DNA of 63,913 nt, the filler included, from Octopus bimaculoides (lineage: Eukaryota): the NCBI RefSeq assembly GCF_001194135.2. It is 4 parts of 4 records of this genome, joined end to end, with 100 filler letters (N's around TTAATTAATTAA, not from the genome) between each part and the next. Parts side by side here need not be neighbours in the genome. Positions count along the whole stretch, not along the records: positions 13,011 to 36,951 come from NC_069009.1; 3 more parts are not named here. One strand, written 5' to 3'. The position numbers and the translations under genes are program-made. Positions 25,375-36,917 of the stretch are shown piece after piece. The notes beneath the pieces were generated by a model, which worked only from the letters and a program-made list of their open reading frames with translations, was not told where the DNA came from and did no database searches. Position 1 is the first letter of the stretch, and each line of letters starts with the position of its first letter.

Positions 25375-27679
25375 ACAGAGTAGGAAGTGTGTATGCATGC
25401 ATGTGTGTGTGTCTATTTGTGTGAGATTAAATGGTGGCTCATGTCAAGGTCATTGCGTGTCTGTGTTTAATTAAATGTGTGTGTAATTAGATGATAGTAT
25501 GTTTGTGTTTGTGTAATTAAATGACTATGTGTGTGTGTGTGATCAGATACAAGTGTGTTTGTGTGTGTGTATGTGTTTGAGTGTATGATTAGATGATAGT
25601 GTGTGAGGGGCTGAAAATGCTTGTATGTCCGTGTGTGTGTCTGTCTGAGTATGAGAGTGTGTGTGTGTGTGTGTGTCTCTGTGAATTTGTATGTTTTTAT
25701 ATGTGTGTGTGTGTGGTTAGATGACTGTGTGAGTGTGTGTATGTGTATGATTAGATGAATGTGTGATGAGCTGGTGATAGTTGTGTGTGTGTGTACACGT
25801 GTGTATACACACACGTGTGTTTCTGCGTCTCTATGAAGATGCATTCATCTCCACGGCCATCCCCGCCCTCCCCACCAGCATAACTACAAAGTGTTCCAAA
25901 GGCGAGGGGACAGTCAAAGCTAGCAGTCACCACTGGTCAAGTGTTCATGTTGTGAAGGGTGGCGGGGAGCGGGGAGGTGAACGAGAGGGAAGGGAGTAGG
26001 TGCAGACACAGGGGGAAACAAGATGTCCGAGAAAAGGGTTGGTGCATTGAATGGAAGAACTAGAGGTGGTGGAGAGGACAAGGTGGACTTATACACCGAT
26101 GGGATGGTGGTGGGGTAAGTGGTGGAGGCTGCTTCAAATACCNNNNNNNNNNNNNNNNNNNNNNNNNNNNNNNNNNNNNNNNNNNNNNNNNNNNNNNNNN
26201 NNNNNNNNNNNNNNNNNNNNNNNNNNNNNNNNNNNNNNNNNNNNNNNNNNNNNNNNNNNNNNNNNNNNNNNNNNNNNNNNNNNNNNNNNNNNNNNNNNNN
26301 NNNNNNNNNNNNNNNNNNNNNNNNNNNNNNNNNNNNNNNNNNNNNNNNNNNNNNNNNNNNNNNNNNNNNNNNNNNNNNNNNNNNNNNNNNNNNNNNNNNN
26401 NNNNNNNNNNNNNNNNNNNNNNNNNNNNNNNNNNNNNNNNNNNNNNNNNNNNNNNNNNNNNNNNNNNNNNNNNNNNNNNNNNNNNNNNNNNNNNNNNNNN
26501 NNNNNNNNNNNNNNNNNNNNNNNNNNNNNNNNNNNNNNNNNNNNNNNNNNNNNNNNNNNNNNNNNNNNNNNNNNNNNNNNNNNNNNNNNNNNNNNNNNNN
26601 NNNNNNNNNNNNNNNNNNNNNNNNNNNNNNNNNNNNNNNNNNNNNNNNNNNNNNNNNNNNNNNNNNNNNNNNNNNNNNNNNNNNNNNNNNNNNNNNNNNN
26701 NNNNNNNNNNNNNNNNNNNNNNNNNNNNNNNNNNNNNNNNNNNNNNNNNNNNNNNNNNNNNNNNNNNNNNNNNNNNNNNNNNNNNNNNNNNNNNNNNNNN
26801 NNNNNNNNNNNNNNNNNNNNNNNNNNNNNNNNNNNNNNNNNNNNNNNNNNNNNNNNNNNNNNNNNNNNNNNNNNNNNNNNNNNNNNNNNNNNNNNNNNNN
26901 NNNNNNNNNNNNNNNNNNNNNNNNNNNNNNNNNNNNNNNNNNNNNNNNNNNNNNNNNNNNNNNNNNNNNNNNNNNNNNNNNNNNNNNNNNNNNNNNNNNN
27001 NNNNNNNNNNNNNNNNNNNNNNNNNNNNNNNNNNNNNNNNNNNNNNNNNNNNNNNNNNNNNTGGATGGGTGTAACAAGGTAACAGTAGCAGTAATGGCGG
27101 CGGTGGCGGTGGTGGCAACGATGATGGTGGCGGTAGTGGTGGGGGTAGTGGTGGTGGTGGTGGTGGTAGTGGTGGTCATTGTGATGATAGTGGTGGTTGT
27201 GGAGGCGGTGGTGGTTGTAGGATATACATGTCCGGCTGCCAGTAGAGTGGTAGTGGTGATGGTTGTAGTAGAAGTAGTAGTGGCGATAGTAGTAGTACTG
27301 ATAACAGTGGTGGTCGTGGATGTGGTGTTGGCGTCAGTAGAGCAGTCTCAGTTGAAGTTGTGATGTTGATGCCTCGTCGGGTTAACATCAAGATATAAAG
27401 TAGACTTTGGCGGTGGCAAGAATAGGCAAACAGATGACGGAGGGCTAAGGGGGTTGTGATGGGGGCAGGGCAATTCCCTCCCCTCGAGACTGACCCTACC
27501 TTGCACTTCTCCTTCCTCTTACACTTTGAAGAAATTGAATCAAGGATGTTCTTCAAAATTCATGGCACCATTTTCGGTGGGTGGAGCAATTTACAATATA
27601 ACCTGTGGAGGTGGGGCAGAGATTTGTAGGGTATGGGTTTGTAATAATTAAGATCTTGGTGGTGGTGGTGGCTATTGAT

Positions 27680-27837
27680 ATTATTTACATTATTTACATT
27701 TGACGGATATTTGTCCTCATCTTGTTTGTTGTTAACACAATGTTTTGGCTGATATACCCTCCAGCCTTCATCAGATGTCTTGGGGAAATTTCAAACCTGG
27801 GTTCTCATTCCTAAGGTATTTTTCAATGTTGTTATTA

Positions 27838-27890
<53 letters not shown>

Positions 27891-28020
27891 GTTATTATTA
27901 TTATTATTATTATTAATGATATTATTATTATTATTATCATTGTTATTTAAGTCTCTGCTTGGAATCGAACTCGGAATCTTGGGGTTAGTAGCCTGCACTC
28001 TTAACCACTACGCCATATGC
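27680..28020 (-). mobile_element. tRNA-headed SINE with internal (AAT)n and Penelope-like/hammerhead 3' module
   Basis: A-box TGGCGTAGTGG and B-box GTTCGATTCC (28020-27945), then (AAT)n, then a body with CTGATGAAGGCTG...CAGCC; tail (TGTAAATAA)n. Confidence 0.75.
27735..27778 (-). ncRNA. Degenerate minimal type I hammerhead ribozyme motif
   Basis: ACAT-CTGATGA-A-GGCTG(10-nt loop)CAGCC-AAAAC-ATT-GTGT: stems I and II pair; core GAAAC and GTT read AAAAC and ATT, both consistent with CpG decay. Confidence 0.6.
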
Positions 28021-28899
28021 CCCTGGTTATTGATGTTGATGGTGGTTGTGATGAGGATGATGGTGATCTGTGAATTTAGTGAATGGAAACTAAAAGAAGC
28101 TTATCATGTGTGTGTGTGTGTGTCTTTGTGTCTGTGTTTGTCCCCAGCGCAAGAGTTGGTGTGTTTATGTTCCTTTAACTTAGCAGTTCAGCAAAAGTGT
28201 CCAATAGAAAAAGTAGCAGGCTTCTCGAATAAGGTTTTAGAAACAAATAAGCACTGGTGATGGTCCCACATAAAAAGCACTCAGTACACTCTGTAAAGTG
28301 GTTGGCATTAGGAAGGGCATCCAATTGTAAAGACCAAAGCTGACTGCGGAATCTGGTATGGCCCCTTGACCTCGTCAGTTCCTGTCAAGCTATGCAATCC
28401 ATACCACCAGGGGGAGCTGACATTAAATATTGATGATGGTGATGTGTGTGTGTGTGTGTGTGGTGCCACATAAAAAGCACTGGTGTTTGTGCCACATAAT
28501 AGGCACTGGTGCTGGTGTCACGTAAAATGCAATGGTGATTGTGCCACATAAAAGACAGCAGTGATGGTGCCACATAAAAAGCACCGAGTTTACTCTCTAA
28601 AGTGCTTGGCATTTGGAAGGGTTTCCAACTTTAGAATCCTGACCAAAACAGACTGTGGAACCTGATGTAGCCCTTGGCTTTGCCAGTCGCGGTCAAGCTG
28701 TCCAACCCATGCCAGCAGGGAAAACTGACAAATGTTGATGATGATACAATGCTTGTTGCATTAATCTGTTTTCAAGAACAAATTCATTGATCAGCATTAT
28801 AGACTCTAACTCTCGCTGTCATAAGAGGAAAAAGCCAATGACCAACTCATTGTGAAGGGGTCATTAATGGGGCTCTTGGTTCCCCAAAGTGTCGTATGA

Positions 28900-29130
28900 A
28901 ACTTGAAGCTGCTGAGGTTGGTGATTATGATGGTGGTGAGGTTGGTGATTATGATGATGGTGTTGATAATGAGAAGGAGGAAGAGGAAGACCAAGATGGT
29001 GGTGGTCCCGAGGTTATGACGATGATCATGATGATGTTGACGGTGACAATGATGATGATGATGATGGTGATGACGATGATAATGGTGATGATGTTGATAG
29101 TGACAATGATTTTAATAATGATGTTGGCAG

Positions 29131-29193
<63 letters not shown>

Positions 29194-29299
29194 CAATGAT
29201 GATGATGATGATGATGATTGTAGCAATGATAACAATGATGATTTCAGAAATGATAAGGATTATGATGGTGACAATGATAATGTTGATGTTATTATTGTC

Positions 29300-29335
<36 letters not shown>

Positions 29336-29560
29336 GCAGTGGTGGCGGTTGGCATAATCATGGTGATGGCGAAGGTGATAATGAAAAGATAAAGATGCGA
29401 ATGGAGGTGGTAGTGGTGATGACGGTGACGACGATGACGATGATGTTGATGGTGATGACAGTTGTGGTGGCATTGCTGATGCTGATAGTGATAATGATGT
29501 TGGTGATGATGATGATGATTAACAGTGTTATCATCATCATCATCATCACCACCATCATTA
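28900..29560. repeat. (GAT/ATG)n-based array with perfect tracts
   Basis: Direct inspection. Confidence 0.9.
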
Positions 29561-29743
29561 TCATTATCGTGCCAGTGTTTAAGCTAACAAAGCTAGCTGC
29601 TAATACAGTTAAACACCAAGTGTTTAATTAGATCTTTTTTTTTTATTGTTTTTGAAAAATAAATTAAGTTAATGAACTCACATTGGTGTAAGTAGATTTA
29701 TGCAAATCAGTTTGTTTATAACGACCAACCCCTCCACTTCAAC

Positions 29744-29798
<55 letters not shown>

Positions 29799-30354
29799 CA
29801 TACACATAACTTATAGAGACAAATTCTGTTGTTATTTTCTAATTAGCCTTAATTACAAAAATTAATTTTACAACTGCAGAGTGTAAATTTTAAAGTTTAC
29901 TTAAAAATCACATTAGCCCTTTGGCTTTTAGCACCTTACCTTCCCCTGTGTGCTCCCCCTCAAGTTAATTTTCTCTCATGCNNNNNNNNNNNNNNNNNNN
30001 NNNNNNNNNNNNNNNNNNNNNNNNNNNNNNNNNNNNNNNNNNNNNNNNNNNNNNNNNNNNNNNNNNNNNNNNNNNNNNNNNNNNNNNNNNNNNNNNNNNN
30101 NNNNNNNNNNNNNNNNNNNNNNNNNNNNNNNNNNNNNNNNNNNNNNNNNNNNNNNNNNNNNNNNNNNNNNNNNNNNNNNNNNNNNNNNNNNNNNNNNNNN
30201 NNNNNNNNNNNNNNNNNNNNNNNNNNNNNNNNNNNNNNNNNNNNNNNNNNNNNNNNNNNNNNNNNNNNNNNNNNNNNNNNNNNNNNNNNNNNNNNNNNNN
30301 NNNNNNNNNNNNNNNNNNNNNNNNNNNNNNNNNNNNNNNNNNNNNNNNNNNNNN

Positions 30355-30700
30355 GGTTCCGGGTTCAGTCCCACTGCGTGGCACCTTGGGCAAGTGTCTT
30401 CTACTATAGCCTCGGGCCGACCAAAACCTTGTGAGTGGATTTGGCAGACGAAAACTGAAAGAAGCCCGTCGTATATACATATTTATATTTATATGTGTGT
30501 GTGTGTCTGTGTTTGTTCCCCTAGCATTGCTTGACAACCGATGCTGGTGTGTTTACGTCACCGTCACTTAGCGGTTTGGCAAAAGAGACCGATAGAATAA
30601 GTACTAGGCTTACAAAGAATAAGTCCCGGGGTCGATTTGCTCGACTAAAAGTGGTGCTCCAGCATGGCCACAGTCAAATGACTGAAACAAGTAAAAGAGT
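30355..30700 (+). mobile_element. Bipartite SINE family A copy
   Basis: Matches the family A modules. Further copies at about 13050-13213, 24915-25140, 33730-34035, 36190-36590, 50705-51120 and 59955-60112. Confidence 0.85.
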
Positions 30701-31204
30701 ACAGAGAGTAAATGTATGTATGTGTGGGAGTGTTTGTGTCTGTGTTCCTCCCCTCACTCCACTGCTTGATAACCAGTGCTGGTTTGTTTATGTTCCCATA
30801 GCCTAACAGACAAAAGTGACTAATAGAATGGGTAATCAAGTCGTTTTTGCTTGACTAAACCCTTCAGTGTAGTGCTCCAGTATGGCCACAGTAAAAAGAG
30901 TATATGAGGCTGACAAAGAAACAAGGACGGTATCAGATGGACATGAGATGTGCTAAAAACAACAGCTAAATCAGCCTTAAATCACACAAAAAAAAACATT
31001 TCCTTTTTTTTTTTCTTTGCCTAATTTTCTGAAAATTCCAAAGACCTAGAAACGTCATGAAGGATTTTATGGGGTGCTTCAACCGGAATCCCGACATGAC
31101 CACCTCCACCACCCCACAGATTCACACAGACATAACAACAGAAACGAAGACACGACAAACCCAGATGACATGATGCAGCTACTAAGAAAAAAATCTGTGA
31201 CTGC

Positions 31205-32240
31205 TGCCAATGGTGTTGGTGGTGGCAGTGGTTAGGTTAAAGCTTGTGGTGTGACATTGGACTGTTGCAGTGGTAGTTGAGTTCTTTGTAGTGGTGATGT
31301 TAGTCGTGAAGGTAGCAGTAAACACTACGTTGTTGTGGTGGCGCTAGTAGTGAAGGTGGTAGTTTGTTGTCAAGGATTACTTTGATAGTAGTGGTGGTAG
31401 TGGTGGTTGTGGTGGTGGAGGTAGTTTTGGCGGTTGTGATAGCTGTATTGGTGGTGGTAGTTATGCTAATGGAAGTAGTGGTTGTAGAGTTGATACTAGT
31501 GGTTGTGGTGATGGTGGTGGTGGTGGTACTGTTTGTTGTAGAGGCAACAGTGTTTGTGGTCGTGGTTGCTGTAGAGGCAACAGTATTTGTGGTGATGGTG
31601 GTGGTAGTGGTAGTGGTGATAGTGATTGTTGAGGCAACAGTGCTGGTGGTTGTGCTGATGGTGGTAGTGGTTGCTGTAGAGGCAATAGCGTTTGTTGTTG
31701 CATTGGGGATAGTAGTGGTTGTTGTAGAGGCAATAGTGGTGGTGGTGATGGTGGTAGTGGTTGCTGTAGAGGCCATAGTAGTTGTGGTGGTAGTGGTGAT
31801 AGTTGTTACTGTTGAGGCAACGGTGTTGGTGGTTGTGGTGATGGTGGTAGTGGTTGTCGTGGTTGCTGTAGAGGCAACAGTGTTTGTGGTTGTGGTGATA
31901 GTGGTAGTGGTGGTTGTGGTAACAGTGGTAGTTTGGGCAGTAGCGTTTGGTAGTGGAAGTTACATTTATGGAGGTGCTGGTTGTTCAGTTCACAATCATG
32001 GTTGTGGTGGTGGTGGTAGTTTAGGCAGTAGTAATAGCAGTGTTGGCAGTGGTGAGTTATACTTGTGGTGGTAGTGGTTGTAGCATTGGTAATGGTGGCA
32101 CTGGTTGTGGTGGTAGTAGCGGTAGCGGATGCTGTAAAGGTGACAGTAGTAGTGGTTGTAGTGGTGGTGGTAGTGGTAATATTAGAGGTTGTTGTGTAGT
32201 GATGGTGGTGGCGGTGGTGGTGGTGGGTATGTTGTTGTTT
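31205..32240. repeat. GGT/TGT array with recurring GTTGCTGTAGAGGCAACAGT unit
   Basis: Unit repeated at least 6 times; G/T-rich on the + strand. Confidence 0.9.
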
Positions 32241-32339
32241 TCTTCTGTCCACAAATCCATACATAATACATCAGATCCCGATCTTTTGGATAATCCACCG
32301 GATTTAATATATTATGTAGGAGGAGATAAGAACCATGAT

Positions 32340-33600
32340 GGACAGCATCCCCCCCCCCACCACCACCACTGCTGCAACAGCCACAACCAACACCACCACC
32401 ANNNNNNNNNNNNNNNNNNNNNNNNNNNNNNNNNNNNNNNNNNNNNNNNNNNNNNNNNNNNNNNNNNNNNNNNNNNNNNNNNNNNNNNNNNNNNNNNNNN
32501 NNNNNNNNNNNNNNNNNNNNNNNNNNNNNNNNNNNNNNNNNNNNNNNNNNNNNNNNNNNNNNNNNNNNNNNNNNNNNNNNNNNNNNNNNNNNNNNNNNNN
32601 NGTGTGCTACTGCTACCACCGCAACCACGACTGCCACTATCCACAACCACCACCAACACTACCACTACCACCACTACCAACAGCACCACAACCATGGCTG
32701 CCACTATCCACCATACCATCACCAAGTGTGCTACTGCTACCACCGCAACCTCTACTGCCATCCCCACTACCACCACCACCACAACCACGACTGCCACTAT
32801 CCACCACCACCACTACCACTACAACCATGACTGCCACTATCCACCACACCATAATCAATGGTGCTACTGCCACCGCCAACACCACCACCACTACCACCAC
32901 CACCACAACCATGACTGCCACTATCCACCACCGCAGTCACCACTAACACCACCACCGCAACCACCACCACCACTACCATCACTATCCACCACACCATAAC
33001 CAAGAGTGCTACTGCCACAGCCACCACCACTACCCCCAGCACCACAACCACCACAGCAATCACTACCACAACACTAAGAGCGCCACAACCACTACCACCA
33101 CCACAGCTACAACCAGTACCACAACTAAGACTACCACTACCGACAACCACCTTCTCCACCACAACCACTACCCTACCCCCACCACCAACACTACTACCAG
33201 CACCACAACCATGACTGCCACTATCCACCACACCATAACCAAGAGTGCTATTATTACCACAACCACTACCGCCACCACAACCACCACCAACAATACCACT
33301 GCAACCATGACTGCCACTACCACCACACCATAACCAAGAGTGCTACTACCACCACTACTACCAGCACCACATCCACGACTGCCACTATCCACCACGCCAT
33401 AACCAGCACTGCCACAACAACCACTACCTTCACCAGCACAACCACCACTGACAAACACTACAGCAAACACCACTGCTACTTTTGCCTCCACCAACCACCA
33501 CTGCAACAACCATCATCACTGTGACAGCCACTACCACAGCAACTGCTACCAACACCACATCCAACACTGTCACAGCAACCACCACTACCACCGCCAGAAG
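32340..33600. repeat. ACC/ACT array with recurring CAACCATGACTGCCACTATCCACCACACCATAACCAAGAGTGCTA unit
   Basis: C/A-rich on the + strand, opposite polarity to the neighbouring array. Confidence 0.9.
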
Positions 33601-34121
33601 CATATTTAGACCCCCTCCTGTTTATCGTCGTTATTTAGCCCCAGATCGGTCCTGATCCCAGGCACCTCGATCAGGTGATATCAAAAGGTTCCCAGACTAA
33701 TTATGTTTAATAAAAATTAACTTATAGGTGCAGGAGTGGCTGTGTGGTAAGTAGATTGCTTACCAACCACATGGTTCCGGGTTCAGTTCCACTGCGTGGC
33801 ACCTTGGGCAAGTGTCTTCTACTATAGCCTCGGGCTGACCAAAGCCTTGTGAGTGAATTTGGTAGACGGAAACTGAAAGAAGCCCGTCGTATATATGTAT
33901 ATGTATATATATATACATATATATATATATATGTGTGTGTGTGTGTTTGTGTGTCTGTGTTTGTCCCCCCAACATCGCTTGACAACCGATGGTGGTGTGT
34001 TTACGTCCCCGTAACTTAGCGGTTCGGCATAAAGANNNNNNNNNNNNNNNNNNNNNNNNNNNNNNNNNNNNNNNNNNNNNNNNNNNNNNNNNNNNCAAGG
34101 GCAATGCTCACAGCAGGGCTT

Positions 34122-34254
34122 CTGCGGGGTGTCCACAAAGTCTGGGTACATGGGGATTAACACATACTTTAAGAAATTATTATTTCTTATATTTAATTGT
34201 TTATGTTATGATTTTATTTACTCCATGTACCCAAATCTTGTGGACACCCTGCAG
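34122..34254. mobile_element. ~133-bp MITE with ~32-bp imperfect TIRs
   Basis: CTGCGGGGTGTCCACAAAGTCTGGGTACATGGGG versus the reverse complement of CTCCATGTACCCAAATCTTGTGGACACCCTGCAG; partial copies at about 35448-35557 and 35707-35812. Confidence 0.75.
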
Positions 34255-34625
34255 ATTGCTCATTATCTTCCAAGGATGTTCTTCCACTTTTGAAGCATCT
34301 GTGCCACTCGAAACATTGCGCAAAACCCATTGCCTTGTCACCATAAACTTGCCAAAACATGCTCAATGTCTCTGGAGCAGACTTCCTGAGTTTAACGTAG
34401 AATTTCACGTTGGTTCTTTGCTTCTGTCCATGATAAAAATCGCAGACTACAACATACATGTGATCATAAAAATACAAATTTCACAACTTGGAATTTAAAT
34501 ACAGCAATGTTACTCAACACACTGCCTCATGAAGGTCGCTGCTAGCTTTCACTGCGCACGCAAATGTGTGCTGCCATCTGTCGGTGCATTACAGAACCAG
34601 CCTGGGAACTTTTTGATACCACCTC
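34255..34625 (-). mobile_element. Mariner 5' fragment (same family as 6425-7323), truncated at the MITE
   Basis: KQRTNVKFYVKLRKSAPETLSMFWQVYGDKAMGFAQCFEWHRCFKSGRTSLEDNEQS; TIR GGTATCAAAAAGTTCCCAGGCT. Confidence 0.82.
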
Positions 34626-35819
34626 ACAATCTCAAATGTTCCATCTATAACGATCCCATTTTATATTCACTTTTCCATGCTGGCATGGATTGGATGGAAT
34701 TTGTTGAGGCAGATTTTCTTCTTTGTCACCAACCGTTGCCTGCTTCCACACAGTAACATTTCTTGACTTTGGAAACAAACAACGCTGCTTGTACAACAGT
34801 GATGCTCATTTACATGATGTTAATACAAGGGCACACACACGGGAGAACTAGAAGGCAGACTAGCGGAAGCCCACCAACCCGAGCATGATACCCTCATACC
34901 CTCACTACATCCTCCTGGTCCAAAAGAAAGTGAACATCACGGAGGGGCTCCCTAATAAACCTATTCTCGGTCCACTTCTAAAAAAAGAGAGTAGACATCA
35001 TAGAGGGAGTATCCTATACTAGGTATAGCGGGAGTTAAAAGCCCTTCACTACCAGGGAGTAGGTGGGATAGACTACACTAGATGCTCATTTACATGATGT
35101 CAATAAAAAGGCACACACACACACAGAGAAAGATGGACAGATAGACAAGTACCTGAAGAGATAGACAAATAGACAGATTGATAGATCGATAGATTGATAG
35201 ATCGATACATAAATCCATATTTTTCACAGGAAACTCATGAGTGAGGAGAGCTGAGTGACGGTGCATTGTCGTCCTGAAGAATCCAGTTCTTTGCCCCCCA
35301 TAGATCCTGTCACTTTTGCCAAATGTCCTCCATCGAACACTTCAAAGTGTCACAGAAGAACTCTTGACTGATGGTCTGGCCTTGGTGGGGGGAGGAATTC
35401 TCAATACACAATACCACGTTTCCAAGGGCAATGCTCACAGCAGGGCTTCTGCGGGGTGTCCACAAAGTCTGGGTACATGGGGATTAACACATACTTTAAG
35501 AAATTATTATTTCTTATATTTAATTGTTTATGTTATGATTTTATTTACTCCATGTGTNNNNNNNNNNNNNNNNNNNNNNNNNNNNNNNNNNNNNNNNNNN
35601 NNNNNNNNNNNNNNNNNNNNNNNNNNNNNNNNNNNNNNNNNNNNNNNNNNNNNNNNNNNNNNNNNNNNNNNNNNNNNNNNNNNNNNNNNNNNNNNNNNNN
35701 NNNNNNGCGGGGTGTCCACAAAGTCTGGGTACATGGGGATTAACACATACTTTAAGAAATTATTATTTCTTATATTTAATTGTTTATGTTATGATTTTAT
35801 TTACTCCATGTGTGTGTGT

Positions 35820-36130
35820 GTGAAGGCACATGGCTAGGTGGTTAGGGTATTCAGCTCATGATTGTAGGTTCATGAGTTCAATTCCTGGTAACACATGTCC
35901 TTGAGCAAGACACTTTACTTCACATTTCTCCAGTCTAATCAGCTGGCAAAAATGAGTAGTAGCTGTATTTCAAAGGGGCCAGCCTTGTCATGCTATGTGA
36001 CATGCTGGATCTCCCTCAGAACTATGTTAAGGGTACGTGTGTCTGTGGAGTGCTCAGCCACTTGTACATTACTTTCACGAGCAGGCTGTTCCATTGATCG
36101 GATCAACTGGAACCCCCATCATCATAATTG
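35820..36130 (+). mobile_element. tRNA-derived SINE sharing its 3' module with the 21690-22078 SINE
   Basis: 3' module ...AAGGGTACGTGTGTCTGTGGAGTGCTCAGCCACTTG...GAGCAGGCTGTTCCATTGATCGGATCAACTGGAA is shared, but the head and centre differ. Confidence 0.75.
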
Positions 36131-36154
36131 ACAGTATACCAGCTGCGTGTGTGC

Positions 36155-36191
<37 letters not shown>

Positions 36192-36868
36192 AGTGGCTGT
36201 GTGGTAAGTAGCTTGCTTACAAACCACATGGTTCTGGGTTCAGTCCCACTGTATGGCACTTTGGGCAAGTGTCTTCTACTATAGCCTTATGCCAACTAAG
36301 GCCTTGTGAGTGGATTTGGTAGATGGAAACTGAAAGAAGCCTGTCGTATATATGTATATATATGTATGTATATGTATTTGTGTGTCTGTGTTTGTTCCCC
36401 CCCCCCCCACCGACATCGCTTGACAACCGATGGTGGTGTGTTTACGTCCCCGTAACTTAGCGTTTCAGCAAAAGATACCGATAGAATAAGTACTAGGCTT
36501 ACAAAGAATAAGTCCTGGGGTTGATTTGCTCGACTAAAGGCGGTGCTCCAGCATGGCCACAGCCAAATCACTGACACAAGTAAAGGAGTATAAATATATA
36601 TATATATATATGTATATGTAAATGTCAAACAATGAGAATGAGTGCTCAACACTGCATTGGCGTGTTTTCATCCAAAATGGAGATGAATACCATTCCTCCA
36701 TGTGATCGGCTTGAAAAATTAAGATATCAAGATATTTTATGTGTGTGTACGTATATACACACATGCATTCACATGTATGTATATCTATTGCCTGCTCTTT
36801 CTCTCTCTCTGTATATGTATGTATACAAATTTATATACACAAATACACACACACACACACACACACAC

Positions 36869-36917
<49 letters not shown>

